Origin: the human T2T-CHM13v2.0 reference genome, Homo sapiens
Strand: one strand, 5' to 3'
DNA: 64,000 nucleotides
NCBI RefSeq assembly: GCF_009914755.1
Contig: NC_060930.1
In this document: piece by piece, positions 15,501-28,289 of the stretch
Numbering within the stretch: position 1 is the first letter of the stretch
Layout: each line of letters starts with the position of its first letter
Position numbers and translations under genes: made by a program
Notes under the pieces: generated by a model
What the model saw: the letters and a program-made list of their open reading frames with translations, nothing else
What the model was told of the DNA's origin: nothing
Databases searched by the model: none

Positions 15501-16550
15501 CTCAGAAAGCTTCTTTCTTGTTTTTATCTAAAGATCTTTTCTTTTTCACCATAGGCCTCAATGCCTTCACAAATATCCCTTCACAGACTCTACGAAAACA
15601 GTGTTTCCAAACTGCTGAATGAAAAGATTTAATTCTGTGAGATGAATGCACACATCACAAGGTGGTTTCTCAGATAGTTTCTTTCTAGTTTTTATCTTGT
15701 GGTCTTTGCTTTTTCATCATTGGCCCAATGAGCTCCCAAATATCCATTTGCAAAATGGAAAAAACAGTATTTCCAAACTGCTGAATCAAAAGAAGGGTTT
15801 AACTATCGGAGATGAATGCATACCTCACAAAGCAGTCTCTGAGAAAGCTTCTTTCTACTTTTTATCTGAAGATATTTTCTTTTTCACCATAGGCATCATT
15901 GTGTTCTAAAATATCCCTTCACAGTTTCTACGAAAACAATGTTTCCACAATGCTGAATTAAAATAAAGCTTTAACTCTCTGAGATGAATTCACACATCAC
16001 AAAGCAGTTTCTCAGAAAGCTTCTTTCTAGTTTTTATCTGAAGATATTTTCTTTTTCACCATAGGCCTCAATTCACTCCGAAATAACCCTCTGCAGATTC
16101 TACAAAAAGAGTTTTTCCAAATTGCTGAATGAAAAGAAAGGTTTAACTCTGTGAGATGAATGTACACATCACAATGTGGTTTCTCAGATAGCTTCTTTCT
16201 AATTTTTATCTGAAGATATTCACTTTTTCACCATAGGCCTCAATGGGCTCCCAAACATCCCTTCGCAGAGTCTTCAAAATCAGTGTCTCCAAAATGCTGA
16301 ATGAAAAGATAGTTTTAATTCTGTGAGATGAAGGCAAACGTCACAAAGCAGTTTCTCTGGTAGGTTTCTTCTAGTTTTTATCCTGGGATATTCACTTTTT
16401 CACCGTTGGCCTCAATGAGCTCCCAAATATCAGATCACAGACAGGACAAAAACAGTGCTTCCAAACTGCAGAATCAAAAAATGATTTAACTCTGCTAGAT
16501 GAATGCACACATCACAAGCAGTTTCTCAGAAAGCTTCTTTCTAGCTTTTT
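12540..16550 (-). repeat. Alpha satellite, divergent dimeric type (block 1a)
   Basis: ~171-172-bp monomers in reverse orientation, mostly alternating type X (gaaagcttctttctagtttttatctgaag...cataggcctc...cagattctac) and type Y (gatagcttccttctagtttttatcctggg...cattggcctcaatgagctc...cagaatggac). No CENP-B box seen. Confidence 0.97.
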
Positions 16551-17670
16551 ATTTATTTATTTATTTTTTATTATTATTATACTTTAAGCTTTAGGGTACA
16601 TGTGCACAATGTCCAGGTTAGTTACATATGTATACAAGCGCCATGCTGGTGAGCTGCACCCACTCACTCATCATCTAGCATTAGGTATATCTCCCAAAGC
16701 TATCCCTCCCCCCCTGCACCCACCCCACAACAGTCCCCAGAGTGTGATGTTCCCCTCCCTGTGTCCATGTGTTCTCATTGGTCAATTCCCACCTATGAGT
16801 GAGAATATGCGGTGTTTGGTTTTTTGTTCTTGCGGTAGTTTACTGAGAATGATGATTTCCAATTTCATCCATGTCCCTACAAAGGACATGAACTCATCAT
16901 TTTTTATGGCTGCATAGTATTCCATGGTGTATATGTGCCACATTTTCTTAATCCAGTCTATCCTTGTTGGACATTTGGGTTGGTTCCAAGTCTTTGCTAT
17001 TGTGAATAATGCCGCAATAAATATACGTGTGTGTGTGTCTTTATAGCAGCATGATTTATAATCCTTTGGTTATATACCCAGTAATGGGATGGCTGGGTCA
17101 AATGGTATTTCTAGTTCTAGATCCCTGAGGAATCGCCACACTGACTTCCACAATGGTTGAACTAGTTTACAGTCCCACCAACAGTGTAAAAGTGTTCCTA
17201 TTTCTCCACATCCTCTCCAGCACCTGTTGTTTCCTGACTTTTTAATGATTGCCATTCTAACTGGTGGGAGATGGTATCTCACTGTGGTTTTGATTTGCAT
17301 TTCCCTGATGGCCAGTGATGGTGAGCATTTTTTCATGTGCTTTTTGGCTGCATAAATGTCTTCTTTTGAGAAGTGTCTGTTCATGTCCTTCACCCACTTT
17401 TTGATGGGGTTGTTTGTTTTTTTCTTGTAAATTTGTTTGAATTCATTGTGGATTCTGGATATTAGCCCTTTGTCAGATAAGTAGGTTGCGAAAATTTTCT
17501 CCCATTTTGTAGGTTGCCTGTTCACTCTGATGGTAGTTTCTTTTGCTGTGCAGAAGCTCTTTAGTTTAATTGGATCCCATTTGTCAATTTTGGCTTCTGT
17601 TGCCATTGCTTTTGGTGTTTTAGACATGAAGTCCTTGCCCATAGTATTCCATGCCCATGCCTATATCCTG
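16551..17670 (-). mobile_element. LINE-1, 5'-truncated (~1.1 kb), L1PA2/3-like, inserted in alpha satellite
   Basis: T-rich tail at 16551, L1 3'UTR (catgctggt, tcatctagcattagg, atgatgatttccaatttc) and the ORF2 C-terminus (ORF 17070-17642). Inserted at TTTTT/A of ctag(c)ttttt|atctgaag with no TSD. Confidence 0.95.
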
Positions 17671-20600
17671 ATCTGAAGATATTTTCACCATAAGCCTCAA
17701 TGTGCTCCTAAATATGCCCTTGCAGATTTTTCAAAAACAGTGTTCCCAAACTGATGAAGGAATAGAACGGTTTAACTCAGTGAGATGAATGCACAGGTCA
17801 TAAAGTTGTTTCTCAGATAGGTTCCTTCTAGTTTTTATCCTGGGATATTCCCTTTTTCACCATTGGCCTCAATGAGCTCCCAAATGTCTGTTCACAGAGT
17901 GGACAAAACCAGTGTTTCCAAATTGTGGAATCAAAAGAAAGGTTTAACTCTGTGAGATGAATGCACTTATCACAAAGCAGTTTCTCAGAAAGCTTCTTTC
18001 TAGTTTTTATCTGAACATATTTTCTTTTTGACCATAGGCCTCAATGCTCTCCCATATATCCCTTCACAGATTCTACAAAAAAGTGTCCCCAAACTGCTGA
18101 ATGAAAAGAAATGTTTAACTCTGCAAGATCAATGTACGCATCACAAAGCAGTTTCTCTGATACCTTTCTTCTAGTTTTTATCCTGACATATATGCTTTTT
18201 CACTAGTGGCCTCAATGCGCTCCCAAATATCCGTTTGCAGACTCTACAAAAACAGTGTTTCCAAACTGCTGAGTGAAAAGGAAAGTTTAACTGGGCGAGA
18301 TGAATGCACATATCACAAAACGGTTTCTCAGATAGCTTCCTGAAAGTTTTTATCATGGAATATTTGCTTTTTCACCATTGGCCTCAATCAGCTTCAAAAT
18401 GTCCATCCACAGAATGGACAAAAACAGTGTTTCCAAACTGCTGAATGAAAAGACAGGTTTAACTCTGTGAGATGAATGCAAATATCTCAAAGCAGATTCT
18501 GAGATTGCTTCCTTCTAGTTTTTATCCTGGCATGTTCTCTTTTTTGGCATTTGCCTCAATGAGCTCCCGAATGTCCATTTGCAGATGGTTAAAAACCATG
18601 TTTCTGAACTGCTAAATTAAAAGAAAGGTTAAACTATGTGAGATGAATGCACACATCACAAAGCAGTTCCTCAGAAAGCTTCTTTCTAGTTTTTATCTGA
18701 AGATAATTTCTTTTTCACCATAGGCCTCAATGTGCTCCCAAATATCCATTCACAGATTCTACAAAAACAGTGTTTCCAAACAGCTGAATGAAAGAAAAGT
18801 TTAACTCTGTGAGATGAATGCACACATCACAAAGTGGTTTCCCAGATAGCTTCTTTCTAGTTTGTATCCTGGGATATTCCCTTTTTCACCATTGTCCTCA
18901 ATGAGCTCCAAAATATTCATTCGCTGAATCAACAATAACAGCTTTTCCAAACTCCGAATCAAAAGAAAGGTTTTAACACTTTGAGATGAATGCACACCTC
19001 ACAAAGCAGTTTCTCAGAAGGCTTCTTTCTGTTTTTTTTTTTTTTCTGAATATATTTTCTTGTTCACCATAGGCCTTAATGAACTCCCAAATATCCCTTC
19101 GTTGATTGTACAAAAATAGTGTTTCTAAACTGCTGAATGAAAAGAAAGATTTAACTCTGCAAGAAAAAACACACCTCACAAAGTGGTTTCTCTAATAGCT
19201 TCCTTCTAGTTTTTATCCTGGGATAATTTAATTGTCACCATTGGCCTCAATGAGCTCCCAAATATCCATTCACAGAATGGACAATAACAGTGTTTACAAA
19301 CTGCTGAATCTAAAAAAGGTTGAACTCTGTGAGATGAATGCACATATCACAAAGAATTTTCTCAGAAAGCTTCTTTGTAGTTTTTATCTGAAGATACTTT
19401 CTTTTTCACCATAGACATCAATATGCTCCCAAATATTCCTTTGCAGATTCTACCAAAACAGTGTTTCCAAACTACTGAATGAAAAGAAAGCTTTAACTCT
19501 GTGAGATGAATGCACACATCACAATGCGGTTTCTTAGGTAGGTTTCTTCTAGTTTTATCCTGAGATATTCACTTTTTCACCATTGGCCTCAATGGCTCCC
19601 AAATGTCCATTTGCAGTTAGGAGAAAAACAGTGTTTCTATACTGCTGCATCAAAAGAAAGGTTTAACTCTGTGAGATGAATGCACACATCACAAAGCAGG
19701 TTCTCCAAAAGCTTCTTTTACTTTTGACCTGAAGATATTTTCTTTTTCACCTTAGGCCTCAGTACTTTCCCTATTATCTCTTCATAGATTCTACAAAAAC
19801 CATGTATCCAAACTGCTGAATGAAAAGAAAGGTTTAAAGCTGTGAGATGAATGCACACATCATGAAGCAGTTTGTCAGATAGGTTCCATCTACTCTTTAT
19901 GATGGTACATTTGCTTATTCGCAATTGGCCTCAGTAAGCTCCCAAATGTTCATTCACAGAATGGACAAAAACAGTGTTTATAATCTCTTGAATCAAAAGA
20001 AAGTTTTACCTCTGTAAGATGAATGCATACATCACAACGCAGTTTCTCAGAAAGATTTTTTCTACTTTTTATCTGAAGATATCTTCTTTTTCACCATAGA
20101 CCTCAACATGCTCCCAAATATGCCTTCACAGATTCTACAAAACAGTGTTTCAACACTGGTGAATGAAAAGAAAGGGTTAACTCTGTGAGGTGGATGCACA
20201 CATCACAAAGCAGTTTCTCAGAAAGCTTCTTTCTTGTTTTTATTTGAAGATTTTTCTTTTTCACCAAGGGCCTCAATGGGCTCCCAAATATCCCTTTGCA
20301 GATTCTACAAAAATAGTGTTTCCAAACTGCTGAACTAAAAGAAAGGTTTAACCTGCTAGATGAATGCACACATCACAAAGCAATTTCTTAGATAGCTTCC
20401 TTCTAGTTTTTTTCCTGTGATATTCACTTTTTCACCTTTGGACTCAATGAACCTGCAAGTGTCCATTTGCAGAATGGCAAAAACTGTTTCCAAACTGCTG
20501 AATCTAAAGAAAAGTTTAATTCTGTGAGATGAATGCTCACACCACAAAGCAATTTCTCAGAAAACTTCTTTCTAGTTTTTATCTGAAGAAATTTTCTTTT

Positions 20601-21291
20601 TCACCATTGGCCTCAATATGCTCCCAAATATCCCAATGCAGACCCTACAAACAAAGCGTTTCCAAATTGCTGCATGAAATGAAAAGTTTAACTATGTGAG
20701 ATGAATGCACTCATCACAAATCAATGTCTCAGATGGCTTCCTTCTATTTTTTATCCTGGGATATTCACTTTTTCACCATTGGCCTTAGTGAGCTCCCAAA
20801 TGTCCATTCGCAGAATAGACAAAAACAGTGTTTTCAAACTGCTGAATCAAAAGAAAGGTTTAACTCTGTGAGATGAATGCACACATCATGAAGCAGTTTC
20901 TCAAAATGTTCTTTCTACTTTTCATCTGAAGTTATTTTGTTTTTCACCATAGGAGTTAATGCACTCCCAAATATCCCTTTGCAGATTCTGCAAAAACAGT
21001 GTTTCCAAACTGCTGAATGAAAAGAAAGTTTTGTCTCTGTGAGATGAAAGCACACATCACAAAACGGTTTGTCAGATAGCTTCCTTCAATTTTTTATCTT
21101 GGGATATTTGCTTTTTTTGCCCTTGGCCTCAATGAGCTCCCAAATGGAATGGACAAAACCAGTGTTTCCAAACTGCTGAATCAAAAGAAAAGTTTAATTC
21201 TGTGAGATGAAAACACACATCACAAAGCAGTTTCTCAAAAGCTTCTTTCTACTTTTTATCTGAAGATATTTTCTTTTTCACCATAGCCCTC
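17671..21291 (-). repeat. Alpha satellite, divergent dimeric type (block 1b)
   Basis: Continues in register across the L1, with the same X/Y monomers. Confidence 0.97.
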
Positions 21292-21795
21292 TGCCAAGAC
21301 CAGCTCATTCAGGGAGACCCTAACCCAGTGGTGCTAGAGGAATTAACAACACACACACAGAAATACAGAGGTGTGAAGTGGGAAATCAGGGGTCTCACTG
21401 TCTTCAGAGCTGAGAGCCTCAATCAGACACTTACCCACAAATTTATTAACTGCAAGCCAGTCATTAACATTGTTTCTATAGATAGTAAATTAACTTAAAG
21501 TATCTCTTATGGGCTATGAAGGGATGGGCAAAATTAAAGGAATAGGTTGGGGTAGTTAACTGCAGCTGGAACATGACATTAAGGCACAGATTTCTCATGC
21601 TGTTTGTGGCTTAAGAAAGCCTTTAAGTGGTTTTCCACCCTGGACAGGCCAGTTGTTTCTTGCCTTCATTCTGGTAAACCCCCAATCTTTCAGTGTCAGC
21701 ATTAGTGCCATCATGACCATGTCACAGTGCTTATTGTTTATGGCCAGTTTTGGGGCCAGTTTATGGCCAGATTTTTGGGGAGCTTGCTCCCAACA
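21292..21795 (-). mobile_element. MER9 3' LTR
   Basis: On the minus strand it begins TGTTGGGAGCAAGCTCCC..AATCTGGCCATAAACTGGCCCCAAAACTGGCC and contains AATAAA. A purine-rich PPT (AAAGAAGGGG) precedes it at ~21800-21809. Confidence 0.92.
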
Positions 21796-21809
21796 TGTAC
21801 CCCTTCTTT

Positions 21810-22934
21810 GATTTTCAAATTGATAAAAGCAAAGGCAGCTTTGTCATGGTGAGCTGCTTCTCACAGGAGTCAGGGTCTGCATCTGCAGACTATACAAAGA
21901 CAAACAATAAAGATTAAAAGTACAATCATCATTGAAATCACAGAGTTACCAAGTGTTTTTATCCATTCTAATGGATGACTTGCTGCTACTTTGTCTGCAG
22001 ATCTTTAAACACTCCAGTTCCTGGCATTAAAGTCAGGTGTGCCTGGGATGCTTTAAATATTTGTTCTTTTAATTTTGCTATATCCAAAAACAAGTTTGTA
22101 GAGTGTCCTTCTAGATGCTTTTTTATTATTTCCCTAATTTTGATCTTATTAAGAGCATCTAATAGTTTCTACAAATCCTTATATTAAGCTCCTTAGTGCG
22201 GGCCATATCATTTGAGGATGAGGTGCCACTATACCACCATGGTTCCAGATAATAGGAAGTTTTGTTATATTTCTTATCATATCTATCATCTGACCATTTT
22301 GTTCAGATCATCTGAACATTATGTGGCCGTGGCACATAGACTGAGACGTGCAATTCAAACTAAACATCCCCTTAGGGGACTAATTAATAATGATTCCATG
22401 GGAATCATAGGAATCGTTGTGCAGTGCCTCTGCCTGCTCTGCAATGCAAATCTTCCTAAACAAGTATGTTCATTTTCTCTAACTGGGTCCAATCCTGTTT
22501 ACAAATAGGTTTTTGAGGGCAGTTGCCTCAATATAGGAGCCAATTTATTATGGTAAATACCAAGATCAGAAAGCATGTGTAACTGTGTCATAGAATGATT
22601 GCATCCAGGCATTATTGCCAGCCGAGATTGATAAATATTACCAGTAAGTATAATTGTTCTCTTTGTCAGCCCTTATTGAAGGAATACTCATGGCAGTGGT
22701 GATAACTGCTATCATAGCTACCATTAAATTATTCATTGTGACTGGTTGTCCCACTTTCCTCAAGTTTTCTTCTGCCATCTGTGACAGCTTCTTAATCTGT
22801 CCCCAGGAGGGTGGCTGTGTTTGATGGGTGTTGCTCATGACAGTTGGTGTCCCCCTCAGCATCAGTCTCAACATGGCTGCAACTGGGGTGTCCTCAGGAT
22901 CCTCCTGGGGTCTCTTTCTCAGCATCTGGCTCAC
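21810..22934 (-). pseudogene. env: HML-3 env remnant, internally deleted (~1.1 kb)
   Basis: Signal-peptide motif PPSWGQIKKLSQMAEENL...NYTYW (ORF 22638-22934), an SU motif GIIIN*SPKG, and the TM heptad [18 protein letters not shown] near 22040-22090. Confidence 0.8.
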
Positions 22935-25440
22935 AATAAAGTTTCAGGTGTCTTGATGGTATCCAGATTGTCTGTTGATTTTGGCCTGGAGAAACACAAG
23001 CATAACTTCTACCCCAAGTTATTATTTTACCTGTTTCCCAACTTTTCATAATCGGATCTCTCCACCAAATCAGTTGTTCTGCTTCTGTCTTTGTAGCTGG
23101 TTTCTGTAGATGTTGTTCAGCTGCTGATAGCATCTGGCCTTTGGGCAGGCTCAAAAAATTAAAGTTAATAATGCTGGATTCAGTGGCATCTGCAGGGTTC
23201 CATATTCTCTTTCACCCCCTTTCTGGTTTTGCAACTGCTGTTTTCGAGAGAGATTCATTCTTTCCACTGTGGCTTGTCCTTGAGAACTGTATGGGATACC
23301 AGTAACATGTTTAATATTCCACATAGAGAAAAATGTAGCTAGAGCTTGGCTAGTATAGCCTGGGGCATTATCTGTTTTAATAGTAGCGGGAATGCCCATC
23401 ACCACAAAACACTACAAAGGGTGACATTTAACACGGGTAGAAGACTCTCCTGATTGGCAAGTAGCCCAAAGTGAGAAAAGGTGTCCACACATACATGTAC
23501 CTAAGATAGTCTCCCAAACGAGGGAACATGTGTGATATCCATTTGCCTAAGAGAGTTAGGTTCCAATCCTCGAGGATTAACTCCTCCTATGAAAGATGAG
23601 GAATGTACCATTTGGCAAGTTGGGCGTCACTGGATAATAGCTTTAGCTTCTTTCCAGGTAATGCTGTATCTGCATTTGAAGCCAGAGGCATTAACATGAG
23701 TTAAATTGTGAAAGTGTCCACTGTTAGATATTGCATTAGTGACTAGATGATCAGCCATTTGATTCCCTTCAGTCAAAAGTCCTGGAAGAGGTGTATGAAC
23801 CCTAATATGAGTGATGTACAAAGGGTGCATTCTACTTCTAAATGCTATTTGTATTTTGGTAAATAAAGTCATCAGTTGTTCATCTGTATGAAATCCTAAC
23901 TGAGCATTTTCAATTAACTGTGTGGAATGAACCTTGTATGAAGAAACAGAAATCACATCAATAGGCATATCAAAAACAGTCACCTCAATTACAGCAAACA
24001 GCTCTGCATTTTTAGGCATCTGGAAAACTTCACTTTTTGAGCCAGAATAAGAAGCTTTACCATTACTAGACCCTTTGTAAAAACATTCTCAGCAACCTCA
24101 ATTGGTTTAAATTTAGTTATTTTAGGGAGAATCCTATTGCTTAATTTCAAAACCTGAAACAGCTTTGTTTTAGGAAAATGGTTATTGAGAATACTCCCAA
24201 AGTCAGCTAAATGGGTTTGCCAAGTAAGACTACTGATAAAAGCTTGATGTATTTGTGTCTTCCTGAGAGGGACAATAATTTTTCCAGGATCATATCCATG
24301 TAATTTAACAATCTGAGTTCTCCCAATTCCTATCATAGTAGCAATTTGATCTAAATAAAGAGTTAGAGTTCATGAATTAGTATGTGGAAGAAAAAGCCAC
24401 TCTACTGAGTCCTGCTCTTGGACAATAACACCAGTAGGTGAACGTGGAGTTGAAAAAATTAGCAAATCTAGAGTCTTCTCTGGATCTATTCTACTTATTT
24501 AAGCTTTATGGACTTGCTTTTCAATCAGCTGTAACTCGACCTCAGACTCCTTTGTTGATTGCTGAGGGTTAGTGAGACTAGGATTTCCTCAAAGGATAGA
24601 AAACAGATTACTCATGGCATAGGTAGGAATGCCTAGTATGTGTCATATCCAATCAATGTCCCCTAGTAATTTTTGAAAGTCTTTAATGTTTTCAATTGAT
24701 CCCTACATATGTTTACTTTCTGTGGCACAATGGTAGAGTCATTTACTGATGTCACCAATTAGGAGTAGGTAGTAGTAATCTGAATTTTGTCAGGAGCTAT
24801 AATTAAACTGGTGTGAGAAATCAAATTTTGCAAGTGATCATAACATTGGAGAAACATTTATTGAGTGGGGGCAGCACAAAGTACATCATCCATATAGTGA
24901 ATAATGTAACATTGTGAAAATTTTTATTAATAGGGTCAATAGATTGTCCTACATACCTCTGGCAAATTGTTGGACTGTTTAACGTGCCTTGTGGCAACAC
25001 TTTCCAATAATAATGCTTAGCAGGCTGCAGGTTGTTTACTGCAGGAATTGTAAAGGCAAACCATTCACAATCTTGCTCAGCTAAGGGGATAGTAAAGAAA
25101 CAAACAGTCTTTTAAATCTATGACAATTAAAGGCCAATGTTTTGGAATTACAGCAGAAGGCAATCCTGGCTGTAATGCTCCCATAAATTGATGGCTCTTA
25201 AGTCAGTTAACGTTCTCCATTTACCTGAATTTTTCTTAATTATGAAAACTGGAGAATTCCAATGGGAAAATGTTGGAGCTATGTGCCCATTTTCTAATTG
25301 TTCAGTAACTAATTTCTCTAAAGCGTCCAGTTTCTCTTTACTTAGTAGCCATTGTTCTATCCAAATTGGCTTATCTGTTACCCATTTTAAAGGTATAGGT
25401 TCTGGAGGCTTAACAATAGCTGCCATAAAAAAATGCTATC
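22894..25440 (-). pseudogene. pol: HML-3 pol (RT, RNase H, IN), disrupted
   Basis: [29 protein letters not shown] (~24882-24899), [16 protein letters not shown], and WWRDP...WGRSYACVSPG. Confidence 0.9.
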
Positions 25441-26290
25441 TTAAACCTTGGTGGGAACTTTGTATTTCCATTTGAAGTTGTTCTTTCTAACTTTGCAGAT
25501 TTTTTCTAGTCCCATACCAGGGACATACCTCTTTTCATGCATTATATGTTGGCTTTGAAGGCTATATATTTGTTCTGGAATTAGAACTTTTGGTCCCTAT
25601 TGTTGTAATAAATCTCTTCCCCATAAATTTATAGGTACAAAAGTTATAATTGGTTGAATAGTCCCAGGTTGTCCATCGGGCCCTTCACAGTGCAAAATAT
25701 AACTATTTTGATATAGTTAAGGGGCTTTACCAACTTCAACTATGTTAAATTGAGAGGGTTGAATTGGCCACATGGACAGCCAGTGCTGTAGAGAAATGAT
25801 TGAAATGTCTGCTCCTGTATCTACCAAATCTTTAAATTTCTTTCCTGAATAGTTATTTCACAGGTAGGATGTTTATCAGTTATTTGATTTACCCAATAAG
25901 CTGCTTTGCCTTGTTTATTTGTGCTTCCAAATCCTTCTTTTCATTTAATTTCACTTTTTCCCATTCCCACATACAGCATTATCAGGAGCTGTGCTATGCA
26001 CTCTCCTGGCTCTGCTTTCCAGGGAACAGAAGTAGATATAAGAATTTGAATTTCCCCATTGTAATCTGAATCAATGACTCCTGTATGTATTTGTACCCCT
26101 TTTAAACTTAAACTAGACCTTCCTAGATGTAATCCTATTGTCCCCACTGGCAAGGGTCCACAGACTCCTGTTGGAACCTTTTGCAGGGGTTCCCCAGGCA
26201 GAAGGCTCACCACTTTTATGCAGCATAAATCTACTGCAGCACTACTGGCTGTGGTGGGAGACAGACATTGTACAAGGGTGAGGGAATGGC
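25440..26290 (-). pseudogene. pro: HML-3 pro (dUTPase and protease), disrupted
   Basis: GRSSLSLKGVQIHTGVIDSDYNGEI (dUTPase), LVDTGADIS (~25800-25828) and INLWGRDLL. Confidence 0.88.
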
Positions 26291-27627
26291 CTGAGCTGGA
26301 AATGCCCCAGTTTAGAATGGGGCCTAAGGTGGTCCCCTAATGGCATTTCCCAAAATTGGGTTCCCATCTTTATCAAACTTAGAATGACACTGATTAGCCT
26401 AATGTTTCCTTTTTTACATTTTGGACATATTTCTGGCTCAAGAAGTTTCTTTATTCCCCTATCTGGTGGCCTGACTCACTGATTTTTTCTACATTCTTTT
26501 TCAGTATGACCATGCTTCCCACAGTTAAAACAAGCTCCAGGAAATGGAGTATTTTCTTTATTGACCCTCAGTTCTGCCACTGCCTGTGCCAACAAAGTAG
26601 CTTTATGCAGATTACCTCCGATACCATCACAGGCCTTGACATAATCAACTAAATGTGCTTTCCCTCTGATAGGTCACAGAGCAGCCTGGCAATCGGGATT
26701 AGCATTCTCAAAAGTTAATTACTGCAACACTATAACATGAGCAGCCAAATCTGCAATCATCTTTTTAAGAGACTCCTGTAACCAAGCTATAAAACCAAAG
26801 TATGGTTCTCTTGGTCCCTGTTTTATAGCACTAAAGGAAAGGTGTTGTTCTCCACCCGAAGTGATTTTTTTCCCAAGCTCTAATGCAGACTCCACTAAGC
26901 CGTTCTATGGCATCACCCTGCATGACCACTTGTGCATCTAAACCAATGCAGATGCCAGTCCCCAAAAGCTGGTCTGCAATTATATTAATTTGAGGTTTGG
27001 CCTTGGCATTGCAAGCAGCCTGAATGGAAGCTTCATCTGGCCACCAAGTTTTAAATTGTAGCAACTGAGCAGGAGTTAGACAAGCTCAAGTAAGAGTGTC
27101 CCGGTCAGTAGGAATCATCTGACTGGAAACAGCAACATTCTTTAACAGTCCCATTAGAAAAGGAGAACCTGATCCATACTGATTTATAGTTTATTTAAAT
27201 TCTTTGAGTAATTTAAAAGGAAAAGGCTCAAATATAGCTGTAATATTTTCCTGTTTATCTGGGGTGTGTATTCTAACAGGGAACTGCCAAGCCTCTAAAT
27301 CACCCTCTCATCTAACTGGCTGAATTCCTGCCGGAATAAAACTAAGAGCAGTCACTCAAGCTACTGCTCAAACAGTCTCTGGGGCAACTATATTCACCCA
27401 GTGTCCTCTGGGAAATAAAGTTCTGTAGGGTCTTTTTCTTCAAAATAATATGGAGGGGGTGCCAAAGGTTAGGGATGAACCTCTCCCTCCTTTGCCACTT
27501 TAGCTTTAGCTGGCAAATAAATCTGGTCTTTAACCTCTTCTGTTACTTCATTGTACTCTCCTTCCTCCTCATCATCAGTGTGAAAAAGTTCCAAGGTAGA
27601 ATGAACCAGACCCCACACTTGTCCCAT
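26240..27627 (-). pseudogene. gag: HML-3 gag, disrupted, matrix largely missing
   Basis: ATG at 27627 (MGQVWGLVHSTLELFHTDDEEE), MHR IKQGPREPY (~26800-26827), and zinc knuckles CFNCGKHGHTEKEC and CPKCKKG. Confidence 0.85.
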
Positions 27628-27753
27628 TGTTACCCTGATGCTTCTGAGATACGCTTCTTACTCACCACGGGGATTGCTTTAAGAGTACTCATGTGTCCTC
27701 CAGCTAGTTCCACATTCTTCAACCGTTGATCTGGCGACCAACCTGGATTCGAG

Positions 27754-27772
27754 GCCCCATGAACGAGTGCCA
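27754..27772 (-). promoter_or_regulatory. Degenerate tRNA-Lys-type PBS of the HML-3 provirus
   Basis: Minus strand reads TGGCACTCGTTCATGGGGC, 2 nt after the 5' LTR. Confidence 0.65.
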
Positions 27773-27774
27773 CT

Positions 27775-28289
27775 TGCTGAGACCAGCTGAGTCAGGGAGA
27801 CCCTAACCCAGTGGTGCTAGAGGAATTAAAGACACACACACACAGAAATATAGAAGTGTGAAGCGGGAAATCAGGGGTCTCACAGTCTTCAGAGCTGATA
27901 GCCCCATACAGATATTTACCCACTTATTAACTAACAGCAAATCAGTAATTTGCATTGTTTCTATAGATATTAAATTAACTAAAAGTATCCCTCATGGGAA
28001 ATGAAGGGATGGGTCAAATTAAAGGAATAAGTGGGGCTAGTTAACTGCAGCAGGAGCATGTCCTAAAGGCACAGATCGCTCATGACATTGTTTGTGGCTT
28101 AAGAATGCCTTTAAGAGGTTTTCTGCCCAGGGCAGGCCAGGAATTCCTTACCCTCATTCCAGTATACCCACAACCTTCCAGTGTGTGAGCTACAGCCATC
28201 ATGAATATGTCACAGTGCTGCAGAGATATTGTTTGGGGCCAGTTTTGGGGCCAGTTTATGGCCAGATTTTGGGGGTCTTGCTCCCAACA
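27775..28289 (-). mobile_element. MER9 5' LTR
   Basis: Direct repeat of 21292-21795, about 85% identical by hand count over ~300 bp. Confidence 0.92.

Larger units (their letters stand above)
21292..28289 (-). mobile_element. HERV-K9/HML-3 provirus with two MER9 LTRs (~7.0 kb)
   Basis: Two LTRs TGTTGGGAGCAAG...GCTGGTCT(C/T)(A/G)GCA, a PBS, a PPT, and gag-pro-pol-env remnants. Degenerate 6-bp TSD derived from alpha GGCCTC (GCCCTC 21286-21291, GGTTTC 28290-28295). Alpha register continues across it. Confidence 0.93.
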
